Positions 11,948 through 22,849 of a DNA stretch of 64,000 nucleotides are shown piece after piece (the stretch's first letter is position 1; every line of letters begins with the position of its first letter). The notes beneath the pieces were generated by a model. That model saw only the letters and a program-made list of their open reading frames with translations. It did no database searches and was not told the origin of the DNA. The position numbers and the translations under genes are program-made. Source of the stretch: Macrostomum hystrix. Taxonomy: Eukaryota > Animalia > Platyhelminthes. Location of the stretch: assembly GCA_950097015.1 (NCBI GenBank), contig CATNEN010000001.1:18476001-18540000 (forward strand). Direction: 5' to 3'.

Positions 11948-12718
11948 ATGTCTGAAAGCAGCGGCAGAAACTCCTCAGAACTGTTAGTGATTGGTGCCGG
12001 CATGATGAGAACTGGCACCAATTCGCAGATGAAAGCTCTTGAGATTCTACTCAACGGTCGCTGCTACCACATGGAGTACATCATGAGCCACAACAGGGAT
12101 CACCTGCGCCTGTGGTATGAGGCCGCTGTCGACGGCTTGACAAAGGAGCGCGCCGACAAGATCTTCAAAGGATTTCGTGCCAGCACCGACTTTCCAGCTG
12201 CTCATTTTTATCAGGAAATAATGGAGATTTATCCCAACGCCAAGTTTATCCTCAGTGTTCGCGATCCCGAACGATGGGTGCAGAGTGTCAGGGCCACCGT
12301 GTTCAGGGCCAGGGGCTCCATCAGCTCTGTCCTGCCGCCTGTTCTGTGGCTTCTCGGCCTTCATTATATGAACCCGCTGCAATTCGCCATGCAGTCTCGC
12401 ATGGGAGTCAGTCCGGATATGTCAGACGACCAGCTGATTGAAGGATTCAAGCGACACAACGAAGCTGTGATGCAGACTATTCCGAAGGAGCGCCTGCTGG
12501 TTTTCCGTGTCTCGGATGGCTGGGAGCCGTTGTGCCAGTTTCTCAACCTTCCAGTGCCAGACGTTCCGTTTCCGAATGTGAACGATACCCAGCACTTTCA
12601 GCGCAGAACCCGCAACATCTTCATTGCTGGCTGGCTGCTGAATGCTGCGTTCTGCGCCGCGGTTGGCGCAGCGGCTTGGTTCGGTGGCAAATTTGGCCTG
12701 CAGATCCTGGCTGCTTGA
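11948..12718 (+). CDS. Sulfotransferase, SULT-OR-like, copy 6 (256 aa)
   Basis: GMMRTGT, CYHM, TDFP, DGWEPLC, FPNVN. Acceptor ttttatttcag ends at 11927. Confidence 0.92.
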   Translation: MSESSGRNSSELLVIGAGMMRTGTNSQMKALEILLNGRCYHMEYIMSHNRDHLRLWYEAAVDGLTKERADKIFKGFRASTDFPAAHFYQEIMEIYPNAKFILSVRDPERWVQSVRATVFRARGSISSVLPPVLWLLGLHYMNPLQFAMQSRMGVSPDMSDDQLIEGFKRHNEAVMQTIPKERLLVFRVSDGWEPLCQFLNLPVPDVPFPNVNDTQHFQRRTRNIFIAGWLLNAAFCAAVGAAAWFGGKFGLQILAA

Positions 12719-13253
12719 CCTCAGGCCAAGATAAGTTCTAGGTGCTATTTTGCTATTTTTAAGCTTCAGTAGTTCATATTATGTTTTGGTCTATTCAAGC
12801 TATTCTCCAATGAAGGAATAATAAACCTCTGATCTGTTCATTCTGTGATCATCCAGTTTGGTGGCCGATTTTTCATTTTTTATTCTCGAATTCACTTTCC
12901 AATACGCTCCGAGCTTTACACAATCTCATTATATGTTTTACAGCAATTTCAATGATTAAAAAGGTTGATTCGCAACGCGAAGTTTTAAATAATTTTTTCC
13001 TTGTCGATTCCAAATTTTTACACTATCCTTTTATCGTATTTATGCAAGTGTTTTTAACTGCCTTTTTAGTAATTTTCAATTGACATTATTTTTTAAAGTG
13101 TGCTATTGTTTTTTAGTATCTATTCGACTATTCGACAGTTTAACTTTTCAATAAAGATCACTTTTAGATTTTTTAAATGTTGCTTTTTTTCTTACTTATT
13201 TGACGGTGTCGAGGCCAAAATGACATTATTTTGGAGTTATCGAATCATCCACG

Positions 13254-14285
13254 AGGTCGGTGGCACAGCGTTCTAACGCGTTTGCCTCTCGTGCCAAGGT
13301 CTTTGAGCTCGATTCCGCGATGAGGCCACATTTTTTTTCGGCGCAGCCGCGGAGAGAAGGTTTGGGGGGCTTGTCGTGCAATTTACGCCCTTGAGAACCA
13401 ACCCCATGCGAGGCACAGAGAGTGTGTGCCTGTGTACGGTATCTGTGCCTGTGTACGGTATCTGTGCCTGTGTACGGTATCTGTGTGCCTGTGTACGGTA
13501 TCTGTGTGCCTGTGTACGGTATCTGTGTGCCTGTGTACGGTATCTGTGTGTGTGTACGGTATCTGTGTGCCTGTGTACGGTATCTGTGTGCCTGTGTACG
13601 GTATCTGTGTGTGTGTACGGTATCTGTGCCTGTGTACGGTATCTGTGCCTGTGTACGGTATCTGTGTGCCTGTGTACGGTATCTGTGTGCCTGTGTACGG
13701 TATCTGTGTGCCTGTGTACGGTATCTGTGTGTGTGTACGGTATCTGTGTGCCTGTGTACGGTATCTGTGTGCCTGTGTACGGTATCTGTGTGCCTGTGTA
13801 CGGTATCTGTGTGCCTGTGTACGGTATCTGTGTGCCTGTGTACGGTATCTGTGTGCCTGTGTACGGTATCTGTGTGCCTGTCTACGGTATCTGTGTGCCT
13901 GTGTACGGTATCTGTGTGCCTGTCTACGGTATCTGTGTGCCTGTCTACGGTATCTGTGTGCCTGTGTACGGTATCTGTGTGCCTGTGTACGGTATCTGTG
14001 TGTGTGTACGGTATCTGTGTGCCTGTGTACGGTATCTGTGTGCCTGTCTACGGTGTCTGTGTGCCTGTCTACGGTATCTGTGTGCCTGTCTACGGTATCT
14101 GTGTGCCTGTCTACGGTATCTGTGTGCCTGTCTACGGTATCTGTGTGCCTGTGTACGGTATCTGTGTGTGTGTACGGTATCTGTGCCTGTGTACGGTATC
14201 TGTGTGCCTGTGTACGGTATCTGTGTGCCTGTGTACGGTATCTGTGGGCCTCTGTACGGTATGTGTGCGTGTGTTCAGGAGTCAA
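13254..14285 (+). mobile_element. SINE family A copy interrupted by an expanded 21-bp minisatellite
   Basis: SINE head and body at 13254-13420; SINE sequence resumes as gtgtgttcaggagtca at about 14270. Confidence 0.75.
13425..14262. repeat. 21-bp (19-bp variants) minisatellite
   Basis: Unit ctgtgtgcctgtgtacggtat. Confidence 0.96.
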
Positions 14286-14424
14286 CGGGATAATTTTCTA
14301 CTGTCCGCAGCCCTGCAGCTCCAGAGTTTATTTCTCGCCTTCAGACATTTTCTCCTGACCGAAATTCTAGATTCCGAACACATCGCTGCTGCAGCAGCAA
14401 TAACAGCAGATCTGCTAAATAAAC

Positions 14425-15198
14425 ATGGATACAGATCAAAGGAATGATCAGAAATCGAATCTACTGGTGATCAGTGTCGGCCTGATGCGTACTGGAACGA
14501 GTTCTCAGAAGAAGGCATTTGAAATTCTACTTGGCGGTCGTTGCTATCACATGGAGTACATACTGTATGAAAATCGATCCCATTTGAAGCTGTGGCATAG
14601 GGCCGCCACGAGAGGCCTAACTAAGGAATTGGCAGATGAAATCTTTCATGGATTTACTGCTTGCGCGGATTTCCCAGCTGCACTGTTCTACGCTGACCTA
14701 GTTCAGCTCTATCCCAATGCCAAGTTTGTCCTCAGCGTTCGAGAGCCCAAGCGATGGGCGGACAGTATGAGGGCAACAATTCTGCGCATCTCCAAGGTGA
14801 CTGATAATGTACTGTCACCTGTGCTGTACCTTATTGGTCTCTACTACGTTGCTAAGCTGAGAGAAATTCTTATCGAATCGCGACTTGGTGTTAAAATTGA
14901 AGCTAGCGACAATGAGATGATCAGGGCGTTTCATCGTCACACCGAGGCTGTCATGAAGGTCATACCCAAGGAGCGCCTGTTGGTATTCCGTGTCTCGGAT
15001 GGCTGGGAGCCATTGTGCCAGTTTCTCGACCTTCCAGTGCCGGATGTTCCGTTTCCGAATGTAAACGACGTGTCAGAATTTCAACTGAAAACTAGGGGCA
15101 TTTGGATGAGTAGTACTATGCTCAATTTCACCTTCTGTGCCACCGTGGGCACGGCCATCTGGTTCGCCGCCAAGTACTGCCTTCGGCGCTGGGGTTAG
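14425..15198 (+). CDS. Sulfotransferase, SULT-OR-like, copy 7 (257 aa)
   Basis: Same motifs. Acceptor tttctcgccttcag ends at 14344. Confidence 0.92.
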   Translation: MDTDQRNDQKSNLLVISVGLMRTGTSSQKKAFEILLGGRCYHMEYILYENRSHLKLWHRAATRGLTKELADEIFHGFTACADFPAALFYADLVQLYPNAKFVLSVREPKRWADSMRATILRISKVTDNVLSPVLYLIGLYYVAKLREILIESRLGVKIEASDNEMIRAFHRHTEAVMKVIPKERLLVFRVSDGWEPLCQFLDLPVPDVPFPNVNDVSEFQLKTRGIWMSSTMLNFTFCATVGTAIWFAAKYCLRRWG

Positions 15199-15409
15199 GA
15201 CTTGACTGGCTTCCAGCTGGTATCTACGAGACAACTCTCCACCAATCAGAGAACTATCGATTCTCACATTTCATTTCGTACTTTTGTACAGTTGGCGTTT
15301 GTTCTCCCGTATTTTTGTTCGTAGTTTTTATGGTCTATGAAGTCAGTGATCTTTCGACATCATGCGCAGCATAAGACATCGAGTTACATTTTAGTTGGCT
15401 GTTAGGGAA

Positions 15410-16185
15410 TGACGATTAAGGTTGTATGACCAGATAAGCATGATGATTAAGGATGTATGACCAGATAAGCATGATGATTAAGGATGTATGACCAGATAAG
15501 CATGATGATTAAGGATGCATGACCAGATAAGCATGATGATTAAGGATGTATGACCAGATAAGCATGATGATTAAGGATGTATGACCAGATAAGCATGATG
15601 ATTAAGGATGTATGACCAGATAAGCATGATGATTAAGGATGTATGACCAGATAATCATCATGATTAAGGTTATATGACCAGATAATCATCATGATTAAGG
15701 ATGTATGACCAGATAAGCATGATGATTAAGGATGTATGACCAGATAAGCATGATGATTAAGGATGTATGACCAGATAATCATCATGATTAAGGTTATATG
15801 ACCAGATAATCATCATGATTAAGGATGTATGACCAGATAATCATCATGATTAAGGATGTATGACCAGATAATCATCATGATTAAGGTTATATGACCAGAT
15901 AATCATCATGATTAAGGATGTATGACCAGATAATCATCATGATTAAGGATGTATGACCAGATAATCATCACGATTAAGGTTGTATGACCAGATAAGCATG
16001 ATGATTAAGGATGTAAGACCAGATAAGCATGATGATTAAGGATGTAAGACCAGATAAGCATGATGATAAGGATGTATGACCAGATAAGCATGATGATTAA
16101 GGATGTATGACCAGATAATCATCATGATTAAGGTTGTATGACCAGATAATCATCATGATTAAGGTTTTATGACCAGATAAGCATG
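15410..16185. repeat. 31-bp minisatellite
   Basis: Unit gatgattaaggatgtatgaccagataagcat. Confidence 0.96.
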
Positions 16186-16629
16186 TTTCGTGCCATTTTA
16201 AAAGTGTCAGTGTCAGTTTGAACAATACTTTCATGTAAATTTTACTATCGTTTTATTATGGTTTTCATAATTATATTTTTACTAATGAAAGTAGCCGACT
16301 ATCTAAGCGATGTACTTTGCACCGTTGTCTTTGTTTTAGTATTCAAAATTAACATTATCAAAATATTTGTCGTACATTTTTGTTCTTTTTTGTAGTGCCA
16401 TTGCTTTCAGGTTTACAATTCTGTGATTCTTATTTTACTCTATTATTTTATAAGCTTTCACTACAGTTAACGAAAATACTAACAAAGTAGTTTCACATTG
16501 TCTAACTTTTTCATTCTATTTACAGTAGCATTTTTGGTGCTAAACGTTTTTTTTACCAAAAAACTTAATCACAACGCATTTTTTATGATAAACGTTTTTA
16601 ACTGGTGTTTCTTTTTTAAAATTCTATTC

Positions 16630-17522
16630 AATATCTTCAGGACCCTCTCCATCTAACATCTTCAGGACCCTGTCCATCTGAAATCTTCAAGACCCTCTCC
16701 ATCTAAAATCTTCAGGACCCTCTCCATCTGAAATCTTCAGGACCCTCTCCATCTGAAATCTTCAGGACCCTCTCCATCTGAAATCTTCAAGACCCTCTCC
16801 ATCTAAAATCTTCAGGACCCTCTCCAGCTAAAATCTTCAGGACCCTCACCATCTAAAATCTTCAGGACCCTCTCCATCTAAAATCTTCAGGACCCTCTCC
16901 ATCAAAAATCTTCAGGACCCTCTCCATCTAAAATCTTCAGGACCCTCTACATCTAAAATCTTCAGGACCCACTCCATCTAAAATCTTGAGGACCCACTCC
17001 ATCTAAAATCTTCAGGACCCACTCCATCTAAAATCTTCAGGACCCACTCCATCTAAAATCTTCAGGACCCACTCCATCTAAAATCTTCAGGACCCACTCC
17101 ATCTAAAATCTTCAAGACCCTCTCCATCTAAAAGCTTCAGGACCCTCTCCAAATAAAATCTTCAGGACCCTCTCCATCTAAAATCTTCAAGATCCTCTCC
17201 ATCTAAAAGCTTCAGGACCCTCTCCAAATAAAATCTTCAGGACCCACTCCATCTAAAATCTTCAAGACCCTCTCCATCTAAAAGCTTCAGGACCCTCTCC
17301 AAATAAAATCTTCAGGACCCTCTCCATCTAAAATCTTCAAGACCCTCTCCATCTAAAAGCTTCAGGACCCTCTCCAAATAAAATCTTCAGGACCCACTCC
17401 ATCTAAAATCTTCAAGACCCTCTCCATCTAAAAGCTTCAGGACCCTCTCCAAATAAAATCTTCAGGACCCTCTCCATCTAATATCTTCAGGACTCACTCA
17501 AAATAAAATCTTCAGGACCCAC
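16630..17522. repeat. 25-bp minisatellite
   Basis: Unit aaatcttcaggaccctctccatcta. Confidence 0.96.
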
Positions 17523-17572
17523 TTCTGAACGAGTTGTTTTCCAATCAGCCCTATAAATTTTCTGAGTTGCAG

Positions 17573-18160
17573 ATGTCCGATTCACTCAGCTCGACTGGGC
17601 CGCAACTGGCTTCATTCGAGGCCTCTCTTGTTGCCAACGATGACGAGCCGCAGTCGCCGAGTTCAGCGTCCTCAGCCGCCATTGCTTCAACCGCTGCCGC
17701 AGCTTCAGCCACAGTGGCTGATGCAGCAATGGATCCATCCCTGGTGGACCCGGATCAGGATCCGGATCAGGACCTACCAGATCCACCAGAGCCGCTGGAG
17801 GACGACGAGACCAAAGCCGAGGAGAGGAAGCGCCTTCAGGCTTTGATTTCCCACTTCTCCGAAGAGCAGTTAAACCGCTTTGAGTTGTACAGGAGAGCCG
17901 CTTTCGCTAAGGCCACTGTGAAACGACTCATCACTCAGACCTCCGGTGTGAGTCAGGTGTCTCAGAATGTCGTCATTGCTGTTGCCGGCATTGCCAAGGT
18001 CTACGTTGGCGAGATTGTCGAAGAGGCTCTTAACGTCAGGCAGCGTCTAGGCGATGTCGGACCCTTGCAGCCGAGGCACATTCGGGAGGCTGAGCGACTG
18101 CTCAGACAGCGCGACGGTCAGTGCCTCCTGCCGTCGAAGCGGCGACACATGTTTCCCTAG
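17573..18160 (+). CDS. TAF11: TFIID subunit 11 (histone-fold TAF11)
   Basis: [30 protein letters not shown]...[21 protein letters not shown]...[10 protein letters not shown] is the TAF11 histone fold, with an acidic N-terminus. ATG directly follows acceptor ttgcag (17572). Confidence 0.92.
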   Translation: MSDSLSSTGPQLASFEASLVANDDEPQSPSSASSAAIASTAAAASATVADAAMDPSLVDPDQDPDQDLPDPPEPLEDDETKAEERKRLQALISHFSEEQLNRFELYRRAAFAKATVKRLITQTSGVSQVSQNVVIAVAGIAKVYVGEIVEEALNVRQRLGDVGPLQPRHIREAERLLRQRDGQCLLPSKRRHMFP

Positions 18161-19729
18161 CGACTGCCTCCTTGACACTGACCTGTCACTGCCTGTCTGT
18201 CTTAATCTGACAGCTGCCTGTCACAATAAATGTCAGTTGGACAATTTCGATCATATCTGTCCAAATCTTGCAATTTTATCTGACATTTATCTGACAATAT
18301 CTGGTCATTGGCTGCCATGTCGGACAATAGACTGTCAAAGTCTGACATTAAGCAGTAACAGTTTGACAAGAAGCTGTCAAAGTCTGACATTAACCAGTAA
18401 CAGTTTGACAAGAAGCTGTCAAGGTCTGACATTAAGCTGTCAAAGTCTGACAATGAGTTGTCAAAGTCTTACAATAGGCTGTCAAAGTCTTACAATAAGC
18501 TGTCAAAGTCTGACAATTGTCTGTCACTTTTTGTCTGTTCACTGGCATTTTTTCGTTTGTCTATGTTATGTGTGAAATGTTAGAAAATGACCAACCTTAC
18601 TTGTCGTTTCTAGTATGGTACTTCTATGAAAGCAATGGCATTTCTATCGTGTCTTATTAATGCTAGGTTAACTTGTATTCTATCTCTCTTTTATATAACT
18701 AAATTGTAAAGCGCTCAAAAGTGAGTACTAATTTTTTCCTGTTGTATAATAAACCATGTACATTGTTAGCAGTTAAATTAGTTTTCATGTTTTTCAAGTC
18801 CTCATAAAAAGCGCAATAACAAGATTCAAAAAGTAGAAGGAAGTCAAGGCTAATACCTTGCCTGATAGAAATTAGAAACGTTAAAAAATAGTAGGCAATA
18901 GAATGCAATTAGTGTCCTATCTGTAACAACTGGCTCGTGCGACCCTCACTCTGAAACCTCACCAACCTCCCCAAACCCAGCTCGTTGAAAGCGAATGCGC
19001 ATGTGACGGACACCTGTCTGTCTGCCTGTCTTACCTGTCTGTCTGAATGGAATCGCTTCTTGGTTATGCGTGTGTCAGGGCCAGCTAGGACCACTGGTCG
19101 CCATTGGTCCGGGTGTTGGGTGTCAGTGCAGCAGGATTTCTTTGGGATATTATAGATATATATTGAAAAGAATGAGTGGGGGAGGCTGTGATGTAGCTCC
19201 CAGCTTCCAGGTTGCGGGTGGGCCCGCCCAGTCTCTCTCAAGATTGGCAGCGCGGGACAATCGTCCTTCCCATTTCTCCGGCTGTAGATGGACAGCTGTA
19301 TGGGCCTGGCTCTCCTCATAGCTATAGCTGACCCAGCCATCAATGCTCTCAGTAGCGGTCTGAATGACACACTAATTGACGCCAATTTTTCCCGAATTGC
19401 TGCACGAAATAACTGTTTAGGATTCCTTTCTGATGGAATGAGTTTTTTTATTAAACAAAAATGGCTGATCGAGGTTAACGAATTGTTTCTAGGAAAGTGA
19501 TATTATTGGGTTAGTCAGCTATCGGGCAGGTAAAAATAGAAGGCTGATAATTATAACTGTGCAGGTAGGCAGGCAATGAAATCAGGTAGGTAGATAGACA
19601 GGAAGGTAGATTAGTAAGAAGAAATAATAGTAGTTAACTCTAGGCTGTCAATTTTGTAGGGTAGGTAGATATGGTAGATAAAAGTGGGTAATAAAGAAAA
19701 CTAGGTTGGATAGGTTAGAAAATAGAATG

Positions 19730-20600
19730 AGTAGGTAGGAAGGTAGACTGGCTAGGTAGAAAGGTAGAGTGGGGAGGTAGACTAGGTAGGTCGGAAGGTA
19801 GACTGACTAGGTAGCAAGGTAGACTGGCTAGGTAGCAAGGTAGACTGGCTAGGTAGGAAGGTAGACTGGCTAGGTAGCAAGGTAGACTGGCTAGGTAGGA
19901 GGGTAGACTGGCTAGGTAGGAGGGTAGACTGGCTAGGTAGCAAGGTAGACTGGCTAGGTAGGAGGGTAGACTGGCTAGGTAGCAAGGTAGAGTGGCTAGG
20001 TAGGAAGGTAGACTGGCTAGGTAGCAAGGTAGACTGGCTAGGTAGGAGGGTAGACTGGCTAGGTAGGAGGGTAGACTGGCTAGGTAGCAAGGTAGACTGG
20101 CTAGGTAGGAGGGTAGACTGGCTAGGTAGCAAGGTAGACTGGCTAGGTAGGAAGGTAGACTGGCTAGGTAGCAAGGTAGACTGGCTAGGTAGCAAGGTAG
20201 ACTGGCTAGGTAGCAAGGTAGACTGGCTAGGTAGGAAGGTAGACTGGCTAGGTAGGAAGGTAGACTGGCTAGGTAGCAAGGTAGACTGGCTAGGTAGCAA
20301 GGTAGACTGGCTAGGTAGGAAGGTAGACTGGCTAGGTAGCAAGGTAGACTGGCTAGGTAGGAAGGTAGACTGGCTAGGTAGGAAGGTAGACTGGCTAGGT
20401 AGCAAGGTAGACTGGCTAGGTAGGAAGGTAGACTGGCTAGGTAGGAAGGTAGACTGGCTAGGTAGGAAGGTAGACTGGCTAGGTAGGAAGGTAGACTGGC
20501 TAGGTTGGAAGGTAGACTGGCTAGGTAGCAAGGTAGACTGGCTAGGTAGCAAGATAGACTGGCTAGGTAGGAAGGTAGAATGGGTAGTTAGGAAGGTAGA
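19730..20600. repeat. 21-bp minisatellite
   Basis: Unit ggtagactggctaggtagcaa. Confidence 0.96.
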
Positions 20601-21088
20601 ATGGGTAGTAGAGAGGCAAGTAAGTAGACAGATAGACTTTATCTTTCTGATAAAGTACCACTGTACGAAGGTGCTGGGTAGTTAAACAACTGTCAGTGTG
20701 TTTTCAAATGCTAAAGAATCCCGTTTAAATGAAAATTTTCTACATTCTTTCAAAGCAATCCTTTGAAAAAATGTTCGCGAATGTGAATCGCTGGCGTATC
20801 ATCAGTTCTCCTAAAGCTCTGACGAATTTCTCTTTCTTACCTGAGAGATTTGAGGCGGCATCAGCTGCGCAATCAGTCCCAGCTAGTTCAATTGGGCAGT
20901 CTGAGTTAATTGGTTTTTCACTAAATTTGCTTAGACGCAATCCATTCTCGATTGCTCAGGCCATCATCCCCGAGAGAGTGCCTCCAAACTCACCAAATTG
21001 TTTTGTCCCGTCGTTTGGGGAAATTTTTTTCGAGTTCATCTTTATGAAGTGCGCATCCCTCTTTGGAATGTCTGACTTGATTCCATAG

Positions 21089-21988
<900 letters not shown>

Positions 21989-21989
21989 T

Positions 21990-22219
21990 GAACACGCTCA
22001 CACAGGTGTGTACATCTGCCCTAACTTTCTCGTCGTCAAACAGTGTACACTCTCACTGTGCCTTCAAGGTTGGTCCTCAAGAGGGTAAATTGCATGGCAA
22101 GCCCGCAAGCCTTCTCTCCGCGGCTGCGCCCCAATTTACTCGTAATGTGACCTCGCCGCAGAATCGAACTTAGGGACCTTGGTGCGAGAGGCAAACGCGT
22201 TAACCGCTCTGCCACTCAC
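21990..22219 (-). mobile_element. SINE family A copy
   Basis: Reverse complement of the head gtgagtggcagagcggttaacgcgtttgcctctcgcaccaaggtccctaagttcgattc and of the body. Confidence 0.8.
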
Positions 22220-22264
22220 CTTCAAAGCCAGTTAATTAATATCCCTTCGCTCCCACCGTTGCAG

Positions 22265-22714
22265 GCGCTCCGCAGAGCTGACGAATTCCTGCGCTTCCAC
22301 ACTCGCTGGAAGCCGAAGCTGCACCCCAACCCGCCGATCTTCTTCACCGACACTGTCCAGGACAATCCGCTGCGATTCAACCGGCAGCACCGCAAATATT
22401 ACCTGGACGAGGAGGGTAACAGTGACATACCTGTGCCAGCCGCTGTTAAACGCTTCAAAGTGTTGAACAATGGCTCGGTGATTCACGCCCTGCCCGGCAG
22501 GAATTCCAAGGTGCATCGCAAACCCGAAGCTTATTTACAACGCCTGCAGCAGCACGTGTTCTGCTCAACCAATGAGAACTATCTAGTTCGCAACCTGCTC
22601 AGCAGGGACATTTGCCGGCCCCGCTGGTATCCTGACGACCCCTACGAACCTTATCACGTCAGGCGTCACACGCCCTGGGATTATGGATTGTATCGGAAAA
22701 AGTTTTATCCCTAA
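22265..22714 (+). CDS. MRPL35: Mitochondrial ribosomal protein bL35m (MRPL35); exon lacks its own ATG
   Basis: AVKRFKVLNNG..I...PGRN.K...K......RL.QHVFC...WYPDDPYEPYHVR resembles animal MRPL35 (AVIDRFLRLHCG...FVFC...WYVDDPYQKYH). Acceptor ccgttgcag ends at 22264, in frame 0. Confidence 0.82.
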   Translation, partial: ALRRADEFLRFHTRWKPKLHPNPPIFFTDTVQDNPLRFNRQHRKYYLDEEGNSDIPVPAAVKRFKVLNNGSVIHALPGRNSKVHRKPEAYLQRLQQHVFCSTNENYLVRNLLSRDICRPRWYPDDPYEPYHVRRHTPWDYGLYRKKFYP

Positions 22715-22849
22715 CAGTTTCAGCTTGTTGGCTTGGTTTTTTAAATGATTGAACTCAGCTAGCTTTAGTAGTACTCAAATCCGACTGCTGGAGACTTTGA
22801 TCCTATTTTATGTGTTCAGCTACTTATAGTTGTTACTATTATCCTTCTC

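Noticed and set aside
337-15198. Bacterial contaminant origin of the intronless SULT cluster
   Set aside because: Interleaved with host SINEs and minisatellites, preceded by splice acceptors, and contiguous with TAF11.
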